From positions 87,812,001 to 87,936,000 of the forward strand of contig OX597817.1 of the NCBI GenBank assembly GCA_951406725.2: 124,000 nucleotides of DNA, in the 5' to 3' direction. Below are positions 84,377-98,089 of this stretch, piece after piece (position 1 is the first letter of the stretch; every line of letters starts with the position of its first letter). A model generated the notes under the pieces. The model worked only from the letters and a program-made list of their open reading frames with translations. It did no database searches and was not told the origin of the DNA. Source of the DNA: Octopus vulgaris (lineage: Eukaryota). Position numbers and translations under genes: made by a program.

Positions 84377-84825
84377 TGTAGCGTAGCTCAGTGGTATCCT
84401 CACTGTTTGAGAGATATATTAGAAATGATGTCGTCTTTGATAGCAACCATCTTTCGGCTGCTTAGGCTCAGTGTGTCTGCTACTCTGATTGGTTGATTTT
84501 GGTGCAGTCTTATTTCGCACCAGTGTGTAAGCCAACCAATCTCGGCCTTAGGATAAGGTCCCATGACACAGTCTTTTGGATTTTCTTCTGGAGCCTCTAG
84601 CATGTTATAAAAAGCCCCAGCATTCACAATATCAGTCTTTGGTTCTAGTCCTTCTTAGGACTAACCTCTGACCACAGAGCGATTCAGCCATATTCCAGCG
84701 ACTCAGCTAGTTCCAGTTCCAGCAACAGCAACAGACACCAACATACAGCAACTCAGGACTTCTCTATACCGTCGCCTTCAATAAAAAGCTTATTGTCAAG
84801 TCATATGTATACCTTTTAATATAGA
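84377..84825 (+). mobile_element. Possible solo LTR
   Basis: TG start, CCAAT-like boxes (gattgg, ccaatc), TATAAAA at about 84606, AATAAA at 84780, CpG-containing and unlike its flanks; CA end and TSD not resolved. Confidence 0.45.
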
Positions 84826-85480
84826 TTTACCTGAAGATATTAGTAATAAAATGCTCAGACTTAAATTAAACCTTACTAAACATCAAAAATATTGTGAGGT
84901 TTCAGTTTTGTCAATATGAGAAGAACTTATAAAATTTCACTTATTTCACTAAACAATTTGAAATCTAGAACAGTATTGAACATAAGTGAAAGAAGTAATA
85001 CACTCATGATTTACCCTCCTCTCTCTCTCTTTCTCCCTCTCTCCCTCTCATATGTCTATTTTCGAATATTTTATGATATACAAACATTTTCTAAAGTAGT
85101 TGCTTCCTGTTAGGAACTGCAATATTTATGATTTCCTCAAGCATTATCTGTAAAAGTGATGTGGAATATATGAGCTGTATACCACCTGTGTTGTTGATTT
85201 ACTTCCCTGAAGTTCTATATATTGCAATGCCTGATCTGTAGTGTAAAGTTACTGTTAACTGAGTTGATTGGCTGTTAAACTCATACTGACCAGTTAATGG
85301 GTCATTGTTAGTCTGTAACTCTATTCTATTTCTATAGTAAAACACTTAAATTTTGCTTGTTTAACTTGTGTGACTGTAAATAGGAACCATGAATAGGTAC
85401 ACTTTACCTACAACATGTTATGATTAAAAAGCGAGTTTAGTCAATACTTACAGCAGTGAGATTTTCTTACCTGGCTGTAT

Positions 85481-85982
85481 CTATTACATTGTATAACATG
85501 ATTATTGTCTTTAGGTAGCAACTGTTACTTCCTATTTGCTTACCCCTAGAAAGTATGAAAAATGGCTAATATTTCCTTCAAACTTTGCTTTTGTTACATT
85601 TATACAAACCCTAAAGAATCCCTCCCAACATATGGCTATGATGCTCCCCCTCTACTGCTGCTCATGATCAGAGGTGCACATATTGTGTCAACTACTAAGG
85701 GACATGCTCAAATGATTACGGTCAAGCAACTGACAAGAAAATATGTAGTATTGGGCAGAATATTCTCTATAATGATATTTCTGCTTCAGCAATTCATCAC
85801 TGAATCTGTCTGAAATCTAATGGAAAATTGATCAGTTTCAAAACAGTGATGTCCAGGTGACAAATGCAAATTTTGAAGGGAATAGTAGTCATTTCCTTTG
85901 ATTTTGAGATAGAAGCAAATGGAAAATAATGCTTACTGATCAAAGACAAAAAATTTAAAATTTTGTTACACAATGTTATCAG
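85481..85982. mobile_element. Unclassified non-autonomous TIR element of about 500 bp (second copy 59758-60242)
   Basis: Two similar copies; imperfect 17-bp TIR ctattacattgtataac / gttacacaatgttatcag. Confidence 0.6.
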
Positions 85983-87853
85983 CTAAGAAAATTGTGCTGT
86001 TTGAAAGATAGATGTGTTGGTCACAGACAAGGTAGTATGCAATAGCAGGGATGATCAGTTCATTGACTTTTTGGTTGCCTGATGTACTACCAACTTCACT
86101 AATTCCATTTATGCTATCTGGATATAATAGAGACAAAACTACTGAAGGAGTCACATTCAAATTATTGTGTCAGGCATCAGTTATGTGAGAAGGTGGAAGA
86201 TCTCCTACATCACCAAAATACAACTGTATAATCTGGCCTGTTTTACAGCACTGGAATGGATTTTGTGAAAAAGAGATAAAAGATAAAACTTCAATTCTTT
86301 CCACCTTGTCAGTGAGGAAGCAAAATTCAACATCAAATACATTACAGCTGACATTTCAACTTCAATACTATGGAGACTCTTCAGTGTCTAGATCATTCCT
86401 CAAATTGGATAATAAGAGTCACTGCTACCCTCACCATAATAGAGTACAGCAGAAATAAATGGTGTATAAAACCTGCCACTTGTCTGTCTTTGAAGAACAT
86501 AGCTACCACTCAACTTTTATATTTTTACTTGTTTCGGTCATTAGACTGCAGCCATGCTGGGGCACCACCTTGAGGAATTTTAGTCAAATTAATCGACCCC
86601 ATTACTTATTTTCTTTTATAAGCCTGGTACATATTCTCTTGGACTTTTGCCAAACTGCTAAGTTATGGGGATGTAAACACACCAACACCAGTTGTCAAGC
86701 AGTGGTAGGGAACAAGCAGCCACAAAGACACACACATATGCAACAGGCTTCTTTCAGTTTCCGTCTATCAAATCCATTCACAAGGCTCTGGTCAGCCTGA
86801 GGCTATAATGGAAGACACATGCCCAAAGTGCCACACAGTGGGATTGAACCCAAACTTCTTACCACACACCTATGCCTGCACCTAAGTTATATAACAACAC
86901 AATCACTTGATGAGGCTATGAGAAATAGCTAAACAATGGAAAACATGGTGTGGCATAACAGACCATATTGTCAGAAGTATTGAACAAGTGGATCTAAAGA
87001 CACAATTTTCAGTATTGAAAAAGTACTGAAAGGGAGGGGGAAAAAAAGAACCATGCCATGTCATAGGTGCAGGTGTGACTGTGGTAAGAAAAAAGTTTGT
87101 TTCTCATCCATGTCTTCAGGTAGTTTCACTGTATTGCACCTTGGGCCGGTGTCTTCTACTATAGCTTCAGGTTGAGCAAAGCCTTGTGTGTGGATTTGAT
87201 GAAAGGAAACCGAAGGAAACCTGTCATGTGTGTGTTTGTGTGTGTGTGTATGCATTTGTCCCCATAACTTAGCAGCTTGGCAAAAAGTGATTGATAGAAT
87301 AAGTGCTAGACTTCAAAAAAAATAAATAAAAAGTATGTGCTGGGAGTCAATTTATCTAAGTAAACTTTTCAGGGCAGTGCCCCAGCATGGCTGCAGTCCA
87401 ATGACTGAAACAATTAAAAGCTAAAAGATATCTTTTCTGTCTAACTTTCATCCTTTGACTTGATTATATCTATACTTTCTCCTGTAAAAGCTGGCTTTGT
87501 GCTTTATCAAACAATTATATTATTCCCTTAACCCTTTAGCATTCTGTCAAATCTAATACTTATTTATTCACATTGTTTTGAATTAACCATGCATTATGTC
87601 ATACCTTTAAGATTTCAATGATGTGATTGTTTATTTTTAGAAGGACATTGTGTGGTAGGTGTGATAGGCCAGATCCAACCAGTTTAAGCATAAAACAGAA
87701 TGTTTTAGCTGGATTTGGCTGGTTTCAATGCTAAATGGTTAATTTATTCAATTTATTTATTTATTCAGACTATTCAATATCCTAAAATGCAGAAATATTT
87801 TGATAATTTGAATTTTATTTTCATGACTCTATCCTGTTTTTCAATGTTTCCAG

Positions 87854-87986
87854 TTGGCAGTTGGTTCTTGAAGACAGCTTACTTAGTTTTGCCAATACTG
87901 CTCGAGGTGTTGCTCTCATCACAAAGGTTGAAGTTATCGATAAATGTGTAGCCAACATGAATGAACGTTTTCAGAAACAGCTTCAA
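87854..87986 (+). CDS. TBC1D32: TBC1D32 exon (WQLVLEDSLLSFANTARGVALITKVEVIDKCVANMNERFQKQLQ), phase 2 to 0
   Basis: tttccag acceptor, gtaagg donor; resembles [22 protein letters not shown]...NRYAKKLQ. Confidence 0.93.
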
Positions 87987-88489
87987 GTAAGGATAAAACA
88001 TTTTTCTTTTTTCTGTGACAAGGAATTCTAAATTAACAATAATGGATTTATATAGATTTCTGATTGCCAATTAATTTCTTGGATTAACTATTGATTATAT
88101 ACACTTTATGTCATATTTACATTTTGGACCATATTTTTATTACACAATCACAGACACACACAAACACACACACCAAGCTATAACTGCTTTACCTCTCAAT
88201 ATGAAAGTATCTAAATGCATCTGTAATGCAACTCTGTCTGACTGTCAATACCAGTATGTATGTATGCATGCATGCACGCATGTACGTACAGGATGAGATG
88301 GATAAATTGTTGCCATTTTATATTATTTATTTCATGCATGTGCATTGTTTGTCTTTGATTTCGTCGACTACACAGTATGGTAGGGTCAGCCAACTGACCC
88401 TACTGTCCTGTGAGAAAAACAGTCCCATGATGCAATTCACTCTGACAGAAATTTGGAAATAACATGCTGTACTGCTTGGTATTCATGCT

Positions 88490-88740
88490 GGAAGCTCCAA
88501 TGTCAACATTTCAGAGTGTTTGGATAAAAAAATCAACCATCCAGTCAACATCATGGTGTTTGGAGTGATCACTAGTGATGGTGACGTTATACCTCCATTC
88601 GTCTTCCCACATGGCCTCAGACTCAACATGGAAGACTACATCAAGTGCCTGGAGGAGGTAGTGCTACCCTGGATCAAGAGGGTGGCTGCTGGAAGATCTT
88701 GTCTAGTAACAGGACTCTGCACCATGCCACATCTTTGCAT
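88490..88740 (+). mobile_element. Tc1/mariner-superfamily transposase fragment
   Basis: KINHPVNIMVFGVITSDGDVIPPFVFPHGLRLNMEDYIKCLEEVVLPWIK. Confidence 0.8.
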
Positions 88741-88815
88741 AATTTAGACAACAGTTATTGTGTAATTGAGACAACAGTATATGTATACATAAAAGAACAC
88801 AAATGAGGTTTAAAA

Positions 88816-88897
88816 TTTATGACAGCTGTTTCAGTAAAATGTTATTGATGTATTCATAGATTTCATCATAGAATATAATCTGTCATCTTCAGGTAAA
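88816..88897 (-). ncRNA. Type I hammerhead-like motif, family H3 (left arm of inverted pair)
   Basis: Minus strand TTTAC-CTGAAGA-T-[degenerate stem II]-GAA-ACAGCTGT-C-ATAAA; GUC triplet present. Confidence 0.65.
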
Positions 88898-88941
88898 ATT
88901 TTGAAGAGGTTTTAGCAGGTGAAATAATATCTGTTGAAAAT

Positions 88942-89023
88942 TTTACTTGAAGATGGTAGATTATGTTTTATGATGTAATTTATGAATACATCAATAAAAT
89001 TCTACCGAAACAGCTGTTGTAAA
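88942..89023 (+). ncRNA. Type I hammerhead-like motif, family H3 (right arm of inverted pair)
   Basis: TTTAC-TTGAAGA-T-GGTAGA..about 40 nt..TCTACC-GAA-ACAGCTGT-T-GTAAA; stems I and II intact, C3U and U17 substitutions. Confidence 0.65.
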
Positions 89024-89233
89024 TTTTAAACACCATTTGTGTCCTTTTTTTATACCAGCACAGCACCTAGAACCAGCCTTGAGTGGGATCTGCAGTTTAA
89101 ATTGAATTTGGTACTTATATATTTGCTGCATTTTGCTAACAGATTCCTTCATGGTTGTTTTACCTCACTGTAAAGCCATTTCAGAGGTCCTATGCTGTTC
89201 ATGTGCCTAGATTTTAATGAATCCTATAACTAA

Positions 89234-89325
<92 letters not shown>

Positions 89326-89424
89326 TGTGTGTAGGGGTTGCAAGTATACTTAGAATATATACACATACACACATGTATATATGTGTTTGCAAATAATATG
89401 AGTCCATGTAAACAGATGTAGCCA

Positions 89425-90668
89425 TATACAAAGGAGTACACAAAGGAAACTGAAATTTTGCCATGTTATTTTATTCATTTGTTTTATATATTTATACTTT
89501 TACTGCCTTCAAAGTATTCTCCATTTGAAGCCATACATTGGTCCAGATGCATTTTCCTTTGTTTGAAGCAGTCCTGGAACTCTTGTGAAGTGATGCCTTT
89601 TAATGCTTCTGTTGATTTTTCTTCACCTCTTCCACATCTGCAAAACATTTTGCCTTAAGGACATTTTTCATTCAGGGGAACAAAAAAGACACAGGGAGAA
89701 AAATCAGGTAAATAGGGAAGGTGGGTAAGCATGGTCATGCCACTTTTGGTCAAAAACTGTCTCATACTCAAGGCAGTGTATACAGGTACATTGTCTTGAT
89801 GGAACCACCACTCACCATCTTGCCACCGGCTGTGACATTTTCATCTTACTGTATCTCACAAATGCTTCAGAATTGCCAAGTAAAATATCTGGTTAACAGT
89901 TTGACCAGTAGGAACAAATTCTGTGTGGACAATTCCTTTCACATCAATGAAACAAATCAGCTTCATCTTGACATTGGACTTCACTTTTTGGGGGTGTGGT
90001 AACATCAATTGCTTCCATTGACTTGATTGCTGCTTCATTTCCAGGTTGTAACCATAGCACCAGTGATGACCTTCGAAAAAAGGTTTGGATCAACTACCAA
90101 CTGTTCTTTCATTTCACAACACACATTCAGTTGTGACTGCTTTTGATCTTCCGTGAGCAAGTGAGGTACAAATGTTTCACAATTCCTCACACAAAATTTG
90201 TTGGCAGGAGCTCCAGGACACACCAGTCATATCAACAAGTTTGTCAGTTGTTTGGTAACAGTCCTCCAAGATCAGTTCATGAATTTTTGTGATGTTTTCA
90301 TTCGTTCAAGAGGTCAACGGTTACCCTGAATGAAGTTGGTCTTCAAGCAATAAATAACCATTCCGAAAGCATGAAAACCACTTGTAAACATGTGTTTTGC
90401 TTATGGCAGCATCCTTTTCCCTGACAGAAAACATAATTTCACAGAAGTATGCTGTTCCTTTGTTTCATCCATCACAAAAATCAAGAAACTGGGGTGAAGC
90501 TCTGCAAAACAAAGACTCACAACATGGTAGTACGACTTCAGTGGATAACACTAGTTTGCAGACTGATGCCTGAGGGTCGTATCAAGTGGATTCTAGTGGC
90601 AGAAACCTAAACTACAGTGGGCTTGTCTTACAGAGATGTTTCAGGTTATTTTTGGGTAGCCTCTCATA
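89425..90668 (-). mobile_element. Decayed mariner-family transposon
   Basis: KQQSSQWK..P.PQKVK..KMKLICFIDVKGIVHTEFVPTGQTVNQIFYLAILKHL; ends approximate. Confidence 0.85.
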
Positions 90669-90887
90669 CTTTCATTTTTGCACACACAGCAACCCTGGTC
90701 ACCTACTGTGCAATATAAAAATAACATTTTTCAACTTATCATACTTCAAAATGAAAAAATCCACAACCTTCCATTTCAATAAACCACTATTGTCCCTGAA
90801 AGTATTTTTTAAAATTTACTACAGACTAATTGGAGCTAACTTTCTTTCTGCACCTCAGTCCCTGGATCTTACGTTTATATATGTATG

Positions 90888-90938
<51 letters not shown>

Positions 90939-91079
90939 TGTGTGTGTTAATTTTAATCTTAAAGTATAGGAAAAATCATCCAGTCTCCAGACTTATCATG
91001 ACAGGTTGTATTTTTCATTGAGTTTTATCATCAATGTTCCTTAGTCATTTTTTTATTATGGAACTGTTTACTTCAACAG

Positions 91080-91167
91080 GTCAGCAAATTTGAAAGGTTT
91101 GGCTATGGCACAATGGTCAGTAAACTTGCTGCAGCTGCACCTGGAATAACAGCTCTAAATAATACAG
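91080..91167 (+). CDS. TBC1D32: TBC1D32 exon (VSKFERFGYGTMVSKLAAAAPGITALNNT), phase 0 to 1
   Basis: cttcaacag acceptor, gtaaat donor; resembles [29 protein letters not shown]. Confidence 0.95.
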
Positions 91168-92249
91168 GTAAATCATCATCATCTCCATTTTAACATCCAC
91201 CTTCCCATGTTGGCACAGGTCAGACTAAACACTTCAAACATCTGATTGTCTCTCATCACGATCATTATCCTTTAATATCTGTTTTCTAAGCTGGCATGGG
91301 TTGGACAGTTTGACCAGAGCTGGCAAGCAGGAGAGCTGCATCAGGTGCTAGTCTGATTTGGTGTGGTTTATATAGCTGAATGCCCTTCCTAATGACAACC
91401 ACTTTACAGTGTGTGCTGGGTGTTTTTAATGTGACACTGACACGAGTGCTCATATGCGGTGCCAGCACAAATGCTTTTCATGCAGCACTTGCACAGAGCT
91501 CTTGCAAACCAATCCTCTTCATCAAGGGAAGCAGCATTAATGCTTCTGCTGTGGAGGATGGGTTTTCTTGAGTACAGCAAGGTGCCAGATATATCGGTCC
91601 TTTGTCATCTCCTCCATAAGGTTCAGCATCCTGAGGTCGTCTTTCAGTATTTTGTCCCCTGGATCTCCCTCTTCCATGAGTTCCATCCACTTCGAGTGAT
91701 CAGCACTGTTTTATGGAGGTCGTTAATTGCCTTTAATGTATTGTTCTAAATAAATTCTGATTCAACACTTACAAGCAAATAAGGGTAGCTCATTATACAT
91801 ATATGGATGCAATACTTGGACATGTCATCAGTATTGTATCCAGAATCACAGTGTTTCAGGTCCTACATCATACACCCTCATCCATGCCACTTGACCAAGG
91901 TTGATCAAGCATAGACCTGTGTATAAGTATCATTTTACTCAACCCAGTCAAATGCTGCTTGTGGAAACTCCAACTCTAGATAGTCATTATAAGCAAATAA
92001 TCTATCAGAGTCTAAACAGGAGCACATAGCCTTGTGTTGTTGTGTGGTAATTCCTGTCTAACTTAGACCAGCATTATAGAATAAACGTAGATTTGATGAC
92101 AACAGCAACAGTAATGGCAGTGAAAGAAAATGAATCTTAACTAGATTCAGTGTATTTTTTTATCACTTCATCAGAGATCAGTAATTCATTTTCCTACTCT
92201 CAGAGAGAATAGTAGATTATAGTTATATAAATATGTAAAGCTGTGTAGA

Positions 92250-92280
<31 letters not shown>

Positions 92281-92599
92281 TTTGGAGATGCAAACTAGAA
92301 AAATAGAACTCAAAACATAAGTATTTGTATATTTTTTATTAATATTTGGTGGAAATAACAGAGTTCCGTTTCGTGGGCCTTGAGGCATTCTGTTACTTCT
92401 TCCAAATATTAATTAAAAAAATATATATATTTATATATTGCTATATACAATATATATAGTATAAATTGCTATATATATATATATATAAAATCTATAATAT
92501 ATATAGTAGATTATGCTATATATAGTGAAATGTGGTTGGAGATTTCTAGGTTGGTGTTATATAAACAGAGAATTGGTAAAATGCACAATAACATTAAGA

Positions 92600-94060
92600 G
92601 ATTTACTATAATCTTTCCAGGCAAATTAAAGAGACAAAAATAAGTGTAATATTTCATTTAAATATATTGGATTTTTTTAAACTTACACATAACTGGTTTC
92701 ATCAGTTTAAGTGTGGATTTATCAAATGAATATAGTTATAGTGGTTGGATTATATATGACTGAAATTTTTGAAGCTGGGCAGAGAAGTAGGGTACCAGGT
92801 TACAAGACAAATAACGAAAGGATATGGTTCTTAACCAGTTATGTAAAGAATGTTGAGTTAAGAATTTAAGTGACAAGTTAGAATTTTTAAACAAACTACT
92901 GTCCTATAGATGGTAGGCAGATATATTGAAGGAATCAGATTGATAGTTAAATTACACCTTTTGCATATACGTTGAAGAGATTACTTCAACATTGTATTCA
93001 GGTATGTCATAAGTATTTAAGTGCTTACTTTACACATGCACACACATATTAACTTGCATACATACTTAGGTTAATGATATATATATCCAAACAGTATATG
93101 AATATGCATGTGCATGTCGAGGTAAGCATATCCAAATTGCCCTTAGCTCAGGGAATTTCTTTGTCAGTCTTTCAAGCAGACTTTATACTTCAGAAAATTG
93201 TTTTTCTTCGTTTATTCATTGTTGTTCCATGGTAGAGTCCAAGCATTTATAACATTGGAAATATTTTAAAATTTGGTGGTTCTATTTCAGCACATGGTGC
93301 TATATGTCCACTTAACCAGATTTTCCTAGTTTTCTTTTCGTTATTTGTTGCTGGTGCATCATCAATCTTCTGCAGAGTGATAAACCTGTCCTGTCTGATG
93401 TAGTTATGCAAGCATTCCCAGCATGTTATGGCATAAATTAAATTTTGAGAGTTGCAAGTGAAATTTTCTTTTATTTGGAAGATTTGTCCATCCTTAAATT
93501 TCAGTTCCAAACCTTCAGTTAAGTACAGACATGTACAACAGTTCGGTCTACCACATTTGATAACCCTAGGGTTGGGTACTCATTTGAAAATATTTACTGA
93601 AGTTAGAATGTTCTTCAAAGTCTTTGGTTGCCTTTTGCTTTTGATGATAAGTTAATTCTCTAGGATTTTTCCAAGCAGAATAGGTATGTTGTTTTGTAAA
93701 TAAATATTTGATTACTTTTTATGTTAAAAATAGAGACGTAAAGTAAAACACCGGGTGGAGGGCTTTACTTCTTATTTTTCTGGGGGTATAGGGATCTAAG
93801 CATTTTGTCCTTTCTGTACCACTTACAATAAGACTGAGTGGAAACACTCTTTGAATTTATCCAGTTCTTCTAATCTTTGATCATGTATTGTAATGTTTGA
93901 TACAATTGTGCCTATACTTTTTGCTAAGTTTTAGAATGGCAGTATATGAAAAGAAAGTACAGTTTGTAATCCATGAGTTTGTAGTAGATATCTGTTTCTA
94001 TTTTTATTTATTTATTCATGATTAAAATGGCTAGAAATGGTAGTTCCTTCTGCCTGAATT
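92600..94060 (-). mobile_element. Decayed Penelope-like element (GIY-YIG remnant and degenerate 3' hammerhead at 92685-92730)
   Basis: FQIKENFTCNSQNLIYAITCWECLHNYI peptide in ORF 93247-93510. Confidence 0.8.
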
Positions 94061-95334
94061 CCATCATATACTAAAAATTGGTGGAAGGGGACAAATACAG
94101 ATACACATACACATGCATGCACACGCACACACATACACACACACACACACACACGACAGGTTTCTTTCAGTTTCTACCTACCAAATCCATTCACAAGGCT
94201 TCAATCAGTCTAAGGCTATAGTAGAAGACACTTGCTCAAGGTGTCATGCAGTGGGACTGAACCTGGAACTATGTGGTTAGGAAGTTTGCTTCTTACCACA
94301 CAGTCATACATGTGCTATGCCATGTGTGTGTGTGTGTGTGTGTGTGTGTAAAGATAGTTGTATTTTACAGATTTAATGTTTCAGCAAAGAATTTTGTTTT
94401 TTTATAATTCATTAGCTCCTCTCAAGTACTGAGTTAATGAATGCAGAGTTTCTTTCCTAAAAAATTAAATATGTAAAATATAACTATTTGTTCTACATTT
94501 ATATTTAACTTGTATAGAGTTTTCTTTGGATTTCTGCTGTCTTTGATTTTTGATTCAAGAATTTTCCTTCTTATAAAGGTACTGACAGACACATAAATGT
94601 ATATAAATATATACATACATACATATATGTATGTGTGTGTATACACATACACACTATGCAGTATTAAAATTGTGGGCTGCTGGATGCAATATAAACCATA
94701 TAGGCAAAATTTAGTTGTCACTAATTGTGACTGTATGTGCTCAAGCATGTATGTGCTAGAAATAAGAGTTAAACCACTTATAGTTGTGTAAAAGTACATT
94801 TATATATATACTGACAGGGTAGACAACTGCCCCATGAATGAAGCAAGGTTAGAACACTGACCTGCACAGTTTCATCCTAATGGGAATTGTCAACAGTGTG
94901 CCTCTATTGCTTCCACGAGACAGCTAATTCTCCCTGTCAGTATATGTATTTGCCATATATAATTGGTTTTGTGTTAAGTTATAGGGAAAATGTGAAAACC
95001 TCTGCTAGGGACTGGTTGTGTTTGGCCCAAGAAAGAGACATTCTCAATGATCAGACATTGTCAGGATGGCCAAATTTATCCAACAGGTTCAGAACATCAT
95101 TAACAATAACCCCAGTAGGTCATCGAGAATCATTGTTAAGTAACTCAGTGATAAAGTGCACTTTAAGCTGTGTGGTGCATAAGGACATCAGATGAAACTC
95201 ATAAAGGGATCAGTGTATGTGTATGGTTCCAAGGTAGGTGTGGATTCTTGCACAAGCACTTAGCTCTGACTGCACTACTTCTTGTAGCAGAAACAACTGT
95301 AAGCTAATGAAATTGATTATATAATTCCTGTAGG

Positions 95335-95570
95335 TATCATCTGACTACAAATAGGTACCATCTAGCTGCAAATAGATATCATTTAACTGCAAATAGGTAC
95401 CATCTGATTACAAATGGGTACCATCTGATTACAAATAGGTACCATTTTGCTATAAATAGATACAAACTATCTGCAAATAGATACCATGTAACTACAAATA
95501 TATATCATGTAGCTATAAATAGGTACCATCTTGCTACAACCCTAATACTTCTAACTACAAATAAGTGCCA
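95335..95570. repeat. 21-bp minisatellite (ctacaaataggtaccatctag-like)
   Basis: About 10 tandem units. Confidence 0.85.
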
Positions 95571-96834
95571 TTGTGCAAATAAATGCCATTAGTGCTACTG
95601 CACGCTGCTGTGTATAGTAGAGAACTGTGAATTTGATAGCTGTTTGGTTAGCTGAATTACTGAGTTCAAATCTTTCGACAAGTACTGACTTGGTTTTAGC
95701 TACCCCATCTGAAAAGTCTTTAAGTATTATTTCTCCTGCAACCCAGCTTAACAAATTGTACATCAATCAATCACCAACAGTATTGAGAGAGAGAGAGAGA
95801 GAGAGAGGACAATGATATTGTCAGTTTCAGCCATTTAATCTGGATAGTCAAAGCACAATGAATATAAGTTGCATTAGCTACAACAATCAGTATCATATTA
95901 ATTATTCTATATCCAGAGGATAAATATTAATCTAATCTCAAATTTCTGTATCTCATTATATAATTAATGATTGTCGTCAACATGAAATTGCATAGTGTAA
96001 TTGAAGATACTAGCCAGGGCTGAGTAAATGCAGTTTCAATGCCAACTTATCAATATGGTTACTTAATAATATATAGTAAATTTTAACTACGTAATCACTT
96101 GTTTCATCTCTTTCACAATAAACCACATGATTTATGTATATGATTATTTCTTTAGAACAAGTATTTGGTTCGATGAAGCCTTACAGAAATTAGATGACCA
96201 TATAATGTGATTATTTGATACTAGTCTATAGTACTTCCAACTGCTTTATGTTGGTGTATGAGTGAGAAGAAGGTGGAGGTTGTGTTACACTAAATATTTA
96301 TGAGCACTAAATAAATCTTTTCCTCATTATTCCAAAATCATTAGTAATAATCAGGCATAACTGTGTGATTAGAAGTTTGCATCCCAGCCACATGGGCCTG
96401 GGTTCAGACCCACTACATGGCACCATCATCAAAATGTCTTCTGTTATAACCCTGGACCAACTAAGGCCTTGTGAGTGGACTTGGAAGACAGAAAACGAAA
96501 GAAGCCTGTCATATGGTTCAGTGGTTAGAATGTCGAGCTCACCATCATGAGGCAGTGAGTTTGATTCCCAGACCAGGCTGTGTGTTGTGTTCTTGAGCAA
96601 GACACTTTATTTCATGTTGCTTGAGTCCACTCAGCTGTAGAAATGAGTTGCAGCATCACTGGTGTCAAGCTGTATTGGCCTTTGCCTTTCCCTTAGATAA
96701 CATTAGTGGTGTGGAGAGGGGAAGCTGGTATGCATGGGTGACCGCTGGTCTGCCATAAACAACTTTCTAGGTGCAATCCCATGGTCATTTATGATCAAAG
96801 GGAGTCAGGGAATCTTTACCCAAATATATGTATA

Positions 96835-98089
96835 TTAGGTTGGCAACTAAATTCCCGCCATTTTTTAAATTTAAATTTTTTAAAAGGTTTAATAAAAATA
96901 ATAACTAATTAATCAATAATGTATTCATCCTGGTTGTTTACAACTTCTTCCCAACGTTCAACAAGATTTTCAATACCTCGTTGGTAGAAATCACCCAATT
97001 TTGACTCGAAAAATTGATCCAACCAAGCTCTCAATTCTGCATCAGTATTGAATGAAACTCCACGCATAGCATTTCAAAGAGATTGAAAGAGGTGGAAATC
97101 CATTGGTGCCAAATCAGGAGAGTACGGTAGGTGTGGCAGCACTTCTCAGCCATGTGTTTGAGTGGCTTCCTTGGTCATATTGGCAATATGAGGGTGGGCG
97201 TTGTCATGCAGCAGAAGAACTCCATGCTGGCGATTAGGTCTTCTCTCTTGAATAACCATGTTGAGTCATTCCATCTGTTGAACATAGAGTTCTGCATTGA
97301 CCGTTTGGTTCCATTCAAACAATTCATAATGGATAATCCCTTCCCAGTCCCACCATATGCACAACATCATTATGCGAATGAAGATCATGTTTCATGTGCG
97401 GTGTCACTTGTTTACTGGGGCTAAGCCATTCCTTACGCTGCTTCATATTGATGTACAAGCACCATTTTTCATTGCCAGTAACAATTCGGTAAAGAAATCA
97501 TTGCTTGTGTCCATGAGTTGAGTGGTGACGAGCAAGCAAACCAGCAGAGATTGTGGCTCATTGATTTTTGTTGTTGTCACTTAAAGCAAGCAGGACCCAT
97601 GCTCCATACTTCTGAACCTTTCCCATCGAGTGAAGATGCTTCTCTATAGCAGTGTGGGAGCATTCTATTTTCTCTGCTAGTTCCCTTGTCATTTGATGAG
97701 AATTTTCATGCAAAAGTTGGTTTAATCGCTCTTCATTGAACTCAAGTGAACGACCAGAACAAGGTGTGTTTTTGAACTTGGCATACCAATCACAGCTATG
97801 GCACCCTCTCCATATACAACGCAAATGCCACGAGCAGCTTTTGCGGCCTTAGAACCTTGATTAAAAACAAAGCAGAGGAGGTCTCGAAAATGCTCATTTT
97901 TCTTAACTTGACATTCCATTTTAATGATCTGAAAATAAATAAAAATTAACTAAAATTAACCAGAATAAAAAACAAAATAAATTCAAAAATGATTCAAAAA
98001 TAGAATTCTCAAAAAAAATAGATTAAAATTTAAAAACGCAATAAATTCCAAAATTTAAAAAAACAGCGGGGACTTAGTTGCCAGTCCAT
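96835..98089 (-). mobile_element. Decayed full-length mariner (DD34D type)
   Basis: TIR ttaggttggcaactaaattcccgccatttttt versus aaaaaacagcggggacttagttgcc; MECQVKKNEHFR, GAWV, LLHDNAHPH and YSPDLAP.D motifs. Confidence 0.93.
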
